Source: Nitrospinales bacterium
GTDB taxonomy: Bacteria; Nitrospinota; Nitrospinia; Nitrospinales; JAJDAT01
DNA: 13,209 bases
Assembly: GCA_046757665.1 (NCBI GenBank)
Contig: JBHHYO010000072.1
Location: forward strand, 1 to 13,209
Direction of reading: 5' to 3'
Position numbers and translations under genes: made by a program. Below the pieces are notes generated by a model that saw nothing but the letters and a program-made list of their open reading frames with translations, ran no database searches and was not told the DNA's origin. Numbering within the stretch: position 1 is the stretch's first letter; each line of letters begins with the position of its first letter. Shown here in pieces: positions 1 to 7,388 of the stretch.

Positions 1-97
1 CCAGCTTGCCTCTTAATCAACCATCAAAGTTGCACTTACAATTTGAATTCAGGTTATACGGAAATCATACCGTTGATCTATAAGAAATTGGGAGTCG

Positions 98-1825
98 ATG
101 AAATTCCTTCCTAACACGCGCTACTCAAAGCTGTTTATTCCCACGCAAAAAGAATCGCCCGCCGACGCGGAAGTCGTCAGCCACCAGTTGATGGTGCGCG
201 CGGGCATGATCCGCAAACTGGCGGCGGGCATTTATTCCATCCTGCCCCTGGGTCTGCGCGTCCTCAAAAAAATCGAGCAGATCATCCGCGAGGAAATGAA
301 CGGTATCGGCGGCCAGGAGACGTTTCTACCCAGTATCCAACCCGCCGAACTCTGGCAGGAGAGCGGCCGCTGGGGTTTCTACGGCAAGGAGCTGTTACGC
401 ATCAAGGACCGCCACGGCCGGGAATTTTGTTACGGCCCCACCCACGAGGAAGTCATCACGGACATCGTGCGCAAGGAAGTCAAATCCTACCGCCAACTGC
501 CACTCATCCTCTACCAGATCCAAACCAAGTTTCGCGACGAAGTCCGGCCACGCTTCGGCATCATGCGTGGACGCGAGTTCACCATGAAGGACGCCTACAG
601 TTTCCACGCGGATGAGGAGAGTACGCAGGAAACCTACCGCCACATGATGGCCGCCTATGGCAACGTGTTCAGGCGGTGCGGACTGGATTTCCGGCGCGTG
701 GAAGCCGATTCCGGCGCCATCGGCGGCAGTTTTTCGCATGAGTTCGTGGTTCTGGCCGACTCCGGAGAGGACGCCGTCGGGTTTTGCGAGTCCTGCGGCT
801 ACGCCTCGAATCTGGAAAAAACCGAAATCCGCGCGCCGGAGCGCGCCGCCGATTCCCAGCCCCCCGAACCGCTCCGGGAAATCGAAACGCCCGGCCAGAA
901 GACCGTCGAGGAGGTCGCGGCGTTCCTCAAAATCCCGGCCGACCGGATCGTCAAGACCATCATTTTTGAAACGGAGACCGAGTTGGTCGCGGCGCTGGTT
1001 CGCGGCGACCGGGAGGTCAACCCCGTCAAGTTGAAAAACCTTCTCGGTTGCGCGACCCTGGTTCCCGCCGCCCCGAAAGTCATCGAATCCCATGTGGAGG
1101 TCCCGTGCGGATTCGCCGGCCCCGTGGGGCTGGGCCTGAAGATTTACGCGGACCGGGAAATCCCGCTGATGCGGAACTTCGTCACCGGCGCCAACAAAAA
1201 GGATACGCATCACACGGGCGTCCAGCCGGACCGGGACATCACGCTGGAAGAGGTGAGCGACCTGCGCCTGGCCCAGGAAGGCGACCCCTGCCCCAAATGC
1301 GCCGGCGGCGCCATCAAGATCAAGCGCGGCATCGAGGTCGGCCACATCTTCATCCTGGGCGACAAATACAGCGTCGCCCTGAAGGCCCATTTCCTGGATC
1401 CCCAGGGGAAAGAACAACCCATGCAAATGGGCTGTTACGGCATCGGCGTCGGCAGAACCGCGGCGGCGGCCATCGAACAAAATCATGACGCCAGGGGCAT
1501 TATCTGGCCCCGGGCCATTGCGCCGTTCCAGGCGATCATCATTCCCGTCAACTTTGCCGTGCCTGCCATCCGCGAGGCCGCCGAGACCCTCCACAAGGCA
1601 TTATGGGAACAGGGCATCGACACTCTTTTGGACGACCGCCCGGACCGGGTCGGCGTCAAGTTCAAGGACGCGGACCTGATCGGCATTCCCCTGCAAATCA
1701 TCATTGGGGCAAAGAACCTGGAGCAGGGAAAAATCGAAATCAAACTCAGGAAAACCAACGAATCCCACCTGTACGACTTCTCCAGTGTTCTCGAAAAAAT
1801 TCCCGGCCTTCTGGACGCCATATAG
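98..1825 (+). CDS. proS: Proline--tRNA ligase (bacterial-type ProRS with INS editing domain)
   Basis: 575-aa ORF with DAEVVSHQLMVRAGMIRKLAAGIY, GPTHEE, QIQTKFRDEVRPRFGIMRGREFTMKDAYSF (motif 2), GIEVGHIF, MGCYGIGVGR (motif 3), an INS domain (IVKT, GFAGP, GAN) and a C-terminal anticodon-binding domain (DDRPDRVGVKFKDADLIGIP). GGGAG at 90-94. Confidence 0.98.
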   Translation: MKFLPNTRYSKLFIPTQKESPADAEVVSHQLMVRAGMIRKLAAGIYSILPLGLRVLKKIEQIIREEMNGIGGQETFLPSIQPAELWQESGRWGFYGKELLRIKDRHGREFCYGPTHEEVITDIVRKEVKSYRQLPLILYQIQTKFRDEVRPRFGIMRGREFTMKDAYSFHADEESTQETYRHMMAAYGNVFRRCGLDFRRVEADSGAIGGSFSHEFVVLADSGEDAVGFCESCGYASNLEKTEIRAPERAADSQPPEPLREIETPGQKTVEEVAAFLKIPADRIVKTIIFETETELVAALVRGDREVNPVKLKNLLGCATLVPAAPKVIESHVEVPCGFAGPVGLGLKIYADREIPLMRNFVTGANKKDTHHTGVQPDRDITLEEVSDLRLAQEGDPCPKCAGGAIKIKRGIEVGHIFILGDKYSVALKAHFLDPQGKEQPMQMGCYGIGVGRTAAAAIEQNHDARGIIWPRAIAPFQAIIIPVNFAVPAIREAAETLHKALWEQGIDTLLDDRPDRVGVKFKDADLIGIPLQIIIGAKNLEQGKIEIKLRKTNESHLYDFSSVLEKIPGLLDAI

Positions 1826-1837
1826 CGGAAGTTTTTC

Positions 1838-1866
1838 TTGAAAAACGGCTGAATCTTTTGTACAAT
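1838..1866 (+). promoter_or_regulatory. Putative sigma70 promoter of the rimP-nusA-infB operon
   Basis: TTGAAA (1838-1843), a 17-nt spacer and TACAAT (1861-1866): 5/6 consensus in both boxes, directly upstream of the leader hairpin. Confidence 0.75.
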
Positions 1867-1892
1867 TCATAGGTACAATTGTTTAGTCTGCG

Positions 1893-1924
1893 AAAATGCG
1901 GGTTAGCAACCCGCATTTTTTTTT
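1893..1924 (+). terminator. Intrinsic terminator/attenuator hairpin (rimP-leader type); may also terminate proS
   Basis: AAAATGCGGGTT-AGC-AACCCGCATTTT is a perfect 12-bp inverted repeat (1893-1919) with a T9 run at 1916-1924. The GGG..CCC core and the position before rimP match the known rimP leader. Confidence 0.85.
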
Positions 1925-2030
1925 ATAAATTGCCCGAAAAACCGGTCGAAAAACCGGCCCGGAAGGCTCTCCGGCGTTCCCTGGCAGGATTTTTTCGGGG
2001 ATGAACCGCCGGTTTTTTGAACCTTCAGGA

Positions 2031-2495
2031 ATGGGAAAAGGCAATATTTGTCAATCGGTTGCAGAGATTATCGAACCGGTGGTCCACGGCGAGAACCTGG
2101 AACTCGTCGATGTCGAATTCAAAAAAGAGGGGAAAACCTGGTACCTCCGGGTTTATATTGATAAAGAGCGGGGCGTCAGCATCGAGGATTGCCGGAACGT
2201 CAGCCACCAAATTGAAGACCTGATTGAAATTGAAAACATTGTCTCGCGGCAATACATTCTGGAAGTTTCCTCGCCGGGGTTGGACCGGCCCCTGAAATCC
2301 AAAAGAGATTTTTTGAGAAACCAGAACCGCCGCATCCAACTGACCGTTTTTGCCCCCATTCACGGCAGGAAGGACTTTCGCGGCGTGATCCAAGGCATCC
2401 ACGAGCAATCCCTTGTCCTCCAAGTCGAGGGAAGCGATCTGGAAATCCCCTTGGAAAAAATAGCAAAAGCTAAATTAGTAATCGATTTTTCTTAA
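2031..2495 (+). CDS. rimP: Ribosome maturation factor RimP
   Basis: LELVDVEF, LRVYIDKERGVSIEDC, YILEVSSPGLDRPLK and IAKAKL motifs; lies upstream of nusA. ATG 2031 gives 154 aa, a typical length; ATG 2001 is an alternative start. Confidence 0.96.
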   Translation: MGKGNICQSVAEIIEPVVHGENLELVDVEFKKEGKTWYLRVYIDKERGVSIEDCRNVSHQIEDLIEIENIVSRQYILEVSSPGLDRPLKSKRDFLRNQNRRIQLTVFAPIHGRKDFRGVIQGIHEQSLVLQVEGSDLEIPLEKIAKAKLVIDFS

Positions 2496-2507
2496 GCGGT
2501 GCCGATT

Positions 2508-4145
2508 ATGAGTTCCGATGCCATAAATATTATCGACCAACTGAGTCGGGAAAAAGGAATCGACAAGGGTGTCTTCATCGAAGCGCTGAAAATGGCCGTG
2601 GAAGCCGCCGCCCGCAAGCGGTTGCCTCACATCGAAAACATACACAGCGAATTTAACGAAGACACCGGGCAAATCGAGATTTTCGTGGAAAAAACCATCG
2701 TCAAGACCGTCGAAAATCCCGATTTTGAAGTTTCCTACAAGGAAGCCGCCAAAACCGTTCCCGACTGCGAAGTCGGCGAAACCGTTCTGGTGCCGCAGGC
2801 TCTGGAAAATTACGGACGCATCGCCGCCCAACTGGCCAAGCAGGTTATTCTGCAAAAAGTCAGGGAAGCCGAAATCGAAAGCATTTACAACGAGTATGTC
2901 CAGAAAAAGGGCGAACTGCTCAACGGCCTGGTTCATCGGTTTGAATACGGAGATATTATCGTCGATCTGGGCAAGGCCGAGGCCATTCTCCCCCGGCGGG
3001 AACAAGTGTTTCGGGAGACCTTCAACCGCGGAGAACGTATCCGGACCTATCTTCTGGACGTAAAAAAAACGTCCAAAAACGCCATGATTATCCTGTCCCG
3101 GACCCACGTGGATTTGATCCGGCGTCTGTTCGAGATGGAAGTGCCGGAGATCAGCGAGGGCATGGTGGAGATCATGGGGATTGTCCGCGAACCCAACGGC
3201 CGCACCAAGATCGCCGTCCGCTCCAATGACCGCGACATCGACGCGGTCGGAGCCTGCGTCGGTATGCGCGGTATGCGCGTCCAATCCATCGTCCAGGAAC
3301 TGCGCGGCGAAAAAATCGATATCGTCGAATATTCCGAAGACGCCGAAACCTTTGTGAGAAACGCCTTGAGCCCGGCCAAGGTCTCGCGCATTTTGACCGA
3401 TCATAAGGAAAAACACATGACCATCATCGTGGCCGACGACCAAATGTCCCTGGCTATCGGGAAAAAAGGCCAAAACGTAAAGTTGGCTACCCGGTTGGTC
3501 AAATGGAGAATCGACATCAAGGGCGAATCGGAAACCCGGGCGCTCCTCGAAAAACAACACCTCATCCTCAAACCCAAATCACTGACCATCGATTTCGAGG
3601 AAACGGTGAAAAACCTGGAAGAGCTTGGCGAACCCGTGGTCGCCGTATTGTCTGAAAACGACATCCACAGCTTCGATGAAATCATCAACCGGGGCGTGGA
3701 GGGCTTGACTCAAATCCCAGGCATCAGCCCGGAGCAGGCCGAAAGTTTGCTGGACCTCGCGGAATCCTCCAAAGTCGAAATCCGGCGCGCCGAAGCGCCG
3801 AAACCCGAGGAGCCGCAGGAAACTCCGGAAGAAACAGGCGATCTGGAACCGGCGGAAACGGACGCCTCGGAAACAACGGCTCAGGAACTTGAGGAAGATG
3901 CCGAAACAAAACCGGCCGACACTGAACCCCCGGAAACCGAGCCCCGGGAGTTTCCTCTCAGCGACCTGAGTCAAGTCGATGATAACATTATAGACATCTT
4001 GTCAAAAAACGGATTCCAAACCCTGGCGGAATTGTCGATCACCCCGATTGAGGAGCTTTTGGCTATCGAGGGAATCGAGGAATCAACGGCCAAAGTCATT
4101 CTCGAACAGGCCAGGCAAGTCACGGAGAACTACGAAAATGCTTGA
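2508..4145 (+). CDS. nusA: Transcription termination/antitermination factor NusA with C-terminal acidic HhH repeats
   Basis: GRIAAQLAKQVILQKVREAE, an S1 domain, KH motifs (REPNGRTKIAV, AVGACVGMRG, ELRGEKIDIV, SLAIGKKGQNVKLA). ATG 2508 is preceded by SD-like AAGCGGTG; GTG 2499 is an alternative start. Confidence 0.98.
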   Translation: MSSDAINIIDQLSREKGIDKGVFIEALKMAVEAAARKRLPHIENIHSEFNEDTGQIEIFVEKTIVKTVENPDFEVSYKEAAKTVPDCEVGETVLVPQALENYGRIAAQLAKQVILQKVREAEIESIYNEYVQKKGELLNGLVHRFEYGDIIVDLGKAEAILPRREQVFRETFNRGERIRTYLLDVKKTSKNAMIILSRTHVDLIRRLFEMEVPEISEGMVEIMGIVREPNGRTKIAVRSNDRDIDAVGACVGMRGMRVQSIVQELRGEKIDIVEYSEDAETFVRNALSPAKVSRILTDHKEKHMTIIVADDQMSLAIGKKGQNVKLATRLVKWRIDIKGESETRALLEKQHLILKPKSLTIDFEETVKNLEELGEPVVAVLSENDIHSFDEIINRGVEGLTQIPGISPEQAESLLDLAESSKVEIRRAEAPKPEEPQETPEETGDLEPAETDASETTAQELEEDAETKPADTEPPETEPREFPLSDLSQVDDNIIDILSKNGFQTLAELSITPIEELLAIEGIEESTAKVILEQARQVTENYENA

Positions 4146-4183
4146 TCGACACTATGAATCCGGTTGGAAGAGGGAGGTTTTTC

Positions 4184-6670
4184 TTGGGTAGTATACGAAT
4201 CAACAAAATCGCTTTGGAATTGAATGTCCAAAACGACCAGATCATCGAGGAGTTGCATAAGAAGAATATCCCGGTAAAAAATTACATGAGCTCGATCGAT
4301 GATGAGGCGGCGGACTATATCCGCGCCATTTTCACCAAGGCTCCCGAACCGCAAAGTAAAAAGGCCTCTGCCAAAACCAAAAAGGCCGCCAAGGCTTCTG
4401 CCGCAAAAAGCAAAACCGCAAAAACCGCCGTCAAGAAAAAGGCCGCCGCCAAAAAATCCACAACGGCCAAAAAGAAAGCTGTCCCCGCGAAAAAAGCCGC
4501 CGCCAAAACCAAGGCCAAAGTCAAGACCAAGGCCAAAACCGCCAAAAAGGCAACCGCCGGGACCGCCGTCAAGAAGAAAGCCGTCAAAAAAACCGTGACG
4601 GCAAAAAAAGCCACCGCCAAAGTGGCCGCCGTTAAAAAAACCGCCAAGGAACCGAAGGAAGTAAAAGCCGAGGCTCCCGCCCGGCCGGCGAACGCGGCGG
4701 TCAAAGCTGTTCCGGCAAAACCCGAAGCGGCCGCGGCTCACAAGCCCCGAGCGATGCGAAAACTCGGGTTGAAGATCGTCAAAAAGGAAGAAAAGCCCAA
4801 GGCCCCGCCGCCCAAGCCCGCGCCAAAAGAAGAACCCAAGGCCAAACGCGCCTCGGCCAAGACCCGGCGGGCCGCAACGCCCGCGGTCAAACCCGCCGAG
4901 CCCGAACCGCCCGTCCGCGAAGAAGGGTTTGAAAAGGTCACTCTCTACGATGCCATGTCGCTGAGGGAGCTGGCCGAGGTTTTGAAATGTTCGCCCAACG
5001 AGATCATACGCGACCTCATGTCGTTTGGCGTCATGGCCACCATCAACCAAACCCTGGATGTGAACCTGGCCGGCAAGGTTGCGGACAAAATGGGGTTCGA
5101 GGTGGAAATCACCACGCCGAAACTCGAACGGTTCGAGGAAGAAGAGGAGGACCTGGAGAAAGACTGGCGGCCCCGGCCCCCCATCGTAACGATCATGGGA
5201 CACGTGGACCACGGCAAGACCTCCTTGCTGGATGCCATCCGGGAAACCAGCGTTACCCGTGGCGAGCATGGCGGCATCACCCAGCACATCGGCGCTTACC
5301 AGGCCAAGGTCAAGGACCAATGGGTCACTTTTCTGGATACCCCCGGTCATGAGGCCTTTACGGCCATGCGAGCCCACGGCGCGCAGGTCACCGACATTGT
5401 GGTGCTCGTTGTGGCCGCGGATGACGGCATCAAACCGCAAACCCTGGAGGCCATCGACCATGCACGGGCCGCCAATGTGCAAATTATGGTCGCCATCAAC
5501 AAAATCGACAAGCACGACGCCAAACCGGATGAGGTCAGAAAACAACTGGCCGGCCATGGCTTGATCCCCGAAGAATGGGGAGGACAAACCATCTTCACCG
5601 AAGTCTCCGCCCTGAAAAAGACCGGCATCGAAACCTTGCTGGAAATGCTCGTTCTGCAAGCCGAGATTCTGGAATGTAAAGCCAACCCCAGCTTGATGGC
5701 CAAGGGCGTCGTGATCGAATCCAAACTCGACAAGGGCCGCGGACCGATCGCCACCATTATCATCCAAAACGGAATGTTGCAGGTTGGCCAACCGTTCATT
5801 GTCGGATGCTACTTCGGACGGGTCCGCGCCATGATCAACCATAAAGGCAAAAAGATCCTGCAAGCCGGGCCTTCCACGCCGGTCGAGGTTCTCGGCATAC
5901 CCGACGTGCCGCAACCGGGCGACAAGTTCATGGTGGTGCGTGACGAAAAGCGGGCGCGCCACCTCAGTTCGTCGCGAATGCAAAAACAACGCGAATCGCA
6001 ACTCGCCCAGAGCGAGCGAATCACCCTGGAAGACCTGCATCAGCAAATCAAGGAAGGCGAAATCAAGGAATTGAACCTGATCATCAAGGCCGACGTTCAA
6101 GGCTCTATCCAGGCCGTCAAGGAAGCTTTTTCCAAGCTGGAAACTCCGGCGGTCCGCATCAAAGTTATTCATGAAGCCGTCGGCGGCATCACCGAGTCGG
6201 ATGTGCTGTTGGCCGCGGCTTCCAACGCGCTGATCATCGGATTCAACATCCGCCTGACCGAAAAGGCCGCTCCGCTGGCCACTCGGGAAAAGATCGATGT
6301 CCGGCTTTACAACGTGATTTACGACGCCATAGACGAAATGAAAAAAGCCATGGAAGGAATGCTTGCTCCCACCTACAAGGAAAAAACCATCGGCCGGGCG
6401 GAAGTGCGCCAGGTCTTTTCGATTCCCAAGGTGGGCGCCATCGCCGGATGTTCCGTCCTCACCGGCTACATGGAACGCAACATGAACACCCGGCTCATCC
6501 GCGACAATGTCGTGATCTATCAGGGAAAAATCCATTCCCTGCGACGGTTCAAGGATGATGTGAAAACCGTTCAATCCGGATACGAGTGCGGGGTCTCCCT
6601 GGACAAGTACCAGGATTTGAAATCGGGCGATATTGTCGAACCTTATATTCTGGAAGAAATCAAACGGTAG
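4184..6670 (+). CDS. infB: Translation initiation factor IF-2
   Basis: G-domain motifs RPPIVTIMGHVDHGKTSLLDAIR, GGITQHIGAY, FLDTPGHEAFTAMRA and NKID; IIKADVQGS; SLRRFKDDVK..GYECG. The start is placed at TTG 4184 because strong SD GGGAGGT (4172-4178) precedes it and the N-terminal IF2_N motif (IRINKIALEL) begins there. Confidence 0.98.
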   Translation: MGSIRINKIALELNVQNDQIIEELHKKNIPVKNYMSSIDDEAADYIRAIFTKAPEPQSKKASAKTKKAAKASAAKSKTAKTAVKKKAAAKKSTTAKKKAVPAKKAAAKTKAKVKTKAKTAKKATAGTAVKKKAVKKTVTAKKATAKVAAVKKTAKEPKEVKAEAPARPANAAVKAVPAKPEAAAAHKPRAMRKLGLKIVKKEEKPKAPPPKPAPKEEPKAKRASAKTRRAATPAVKPAEPEPPVREEGFEKVTLYDAMSLRELAEVLKCSPNEIIRDLMSFGVMATINQTLDVNLAGKVADKMGFEVEITTPKLERFEEEEEDLEKDWRPRPPIVTIMGHVDHGKTSLLDAIRETSVTRGEHGGITQHIGAYQAKVKDQWVTFLDTPGHEAFTAMRAHGAQVTDIVVLVVAADDGIKPQTLEAIDHARAANVQIMVAINKIDKHDAKPDEVRKQLAGHGLIPEEWGGQTIFTEVSALKKTGIETLLEMLVLQAEILECKANPSLMAKGVVIESKLDKGRGPIATIIIQNGMLQVGQPFIVGCYFGRVRAMINHKGKKILQAGPSTPVEVLGIPDVPQPGDKFMVVRDEKRARHLSSSRMQKQRESQLAQSERITLEDLHQQIKEGEIKELNLIIKADVQGSIQAVKEAFSKLETPAVRIKVIHEAVGGITESDVLLAAASNALIIGFNIRLTEKAAPLATREKIDVRLYNVIYDAIDEMKKAMEGMLAPTYKEKTIGRAEVRQVFSIPKVGAIAGCSVLTGYMERNMNTRLIRDNVVIYQGKIHSLRRFKDDVKTVQSGYECGVSLDKYQDLKSGDIVEPYILEEIKR
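4358..4648 (+). repeat. Low-complexity Lys/Ala/Thr/Val-rich coding repeat within infB
   Basis: Degenerate AKK/KKA/TAK units; TAVKKKA occurs twice, encoded by near-identical DNA (ACCGCCGTCAAGAA at about 4424 and 4562). Confidence 0.9.
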
Positions 6671-6701
6671 GCTCCGTGATTTCACAGTCATTATTAACCG
6701 G

Positions 6702-7013
6702 ATGAAAGTAGGTTGCTGTTCCATAAGATTTGTTTTGCACGGAAACCGGTCCTTGAAGGGCAAACGCCGGATCGTCAGCACCATCAAGAGCCGCGTGAAA
6801 AACAAATTCAATATCTCGGTGGCCGAAGTCGGCGACCAGGATGAATGGCAACGCCTGCATCTCGGCATCGCCGCCATCGGTGGCAATGGATTTAATCTGG
6901 ACGGCCTGTTGAACCAGGTGGTCGATTTCATAGACGCCATGGGCCTGGCGGAAATGACCGGCCATCAAATTAAATTGATCAACCTGGGAAAAGCGGCGAC
7001 GGAAAGCTTATGA
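6702..7013 (+). CDS. ylxP: DUF503 (YlxP-like) protein
   Basis: MKVG...SLKGKRRIVSTIKSRVKNKFNISVAEVGDQDEWQR..LGIA signature, in the conserved position between infB and rbfA. ATG 6702 lies within the ORF 6633-7013. Confidence 0.92.
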   Translation: MKVGCCSIRFVLHGNRSLKGKRRIVSTIKSRVKNKFNISVAEVGDQDEWQRLHLGIAAIGGNGFNLDGLLNQVVDFIDAMGLAEMTGHQIKLINLGKAATESL

Positions 7014-7034
7014 CTTGTCTCGCTTCGGAGCGCC

Positions 7035-7388
7035 ATGCGTTTCAAACGATCGCAAAGACTGCAAGAACTGATTTTGCAGGAAATCTGCCTGCTGATCCAG
7101 AAAGGCTTGAAAGACCCCAGAATCGGGTTTTGCACCATCACCAAAATCGACCTGACCGATAACCTGAAACACGCAAAAGTTTTCGTCAGCGTCATGGGAA
7201 CCGAAGAGGAAATAACGAGAACGCTGGAAGGCCTGAACAGCGCCAAAGGATTTATCCGCAAAACGCTGGGCAAAAACCTGTACCTGAAATTCGTACCTGA
7301 ACTGGAATTTAAAAAAGATGACGGTTGCGAACGCCTCGACAAAATCAGCCGGCTCATCAATGAAATACACCATGAACGGAATCCTTAA
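7035..7388 (+). CDS. rbfA: 30S ribosome-binding factor A
   Basis: RSQRLQELI, LKDPRIG, DLTDNLKHAKVFVS, LNSAKGFIRKTLG and VPELEFKKD motifs; GGAG at 7027-7030. Confidence 0.97.
   Translation: MRFKRSQRLQELILQEICLLIQKGLKDPRIGFCTITKIDLTDNLKHAKVFVSVMGTEEEITRTLEGLNSAKGFIRKTLGKNLYLKFVPELEFKKDDGCERLDKISRLINEIHHERNP

Noticed and set aside
1..97. Promoter or T-box leader for proS
   Set aside because: Only weak hexamer matches, and no T-box motif or terminator in the 97 nt available.
395..1594. 399-aa antisense ORF in proS, and similar ones in nusA, truB, pnp, surE and prx
   Set aside because: All lie entirely opposite well-supported conserved genes, with no motifs or translation signals.
3062..3069. 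A8 run in nusA (and A7 in infB) as slippage or frameshift sites
   Set aside because: The reading frames are intact and the runs are explained by Lys codons.
3260..3279. 9-bp tandem repeat CGGTATGCG in nusA
   Set aside because: It simply encodes GMRGMR in the conserved KH motif; two in-frame copies only.
4142..4183. Longer infB starts (TTG 4142, ATG 4154)
   Set aside because: The strong SD at 4172-4178 and the start of the IF2_N motif favour TTG 4184.
4754..4957. Internal in-frame ATGs (4754, 4955) as starts of short IF2 isoforms
   Set aside because: No convincing SD precedes either; cannot be supported from sequence alone.
4130..6940. 936-aa antisense ORF over infB
   Set aside because: It mirrors infB codon for codon; the F/G/L-rich part is the reverse complement of the Lys/Ala tract. 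It has no recognisable domain, and such shadows are expected with GC-biased codon usage.
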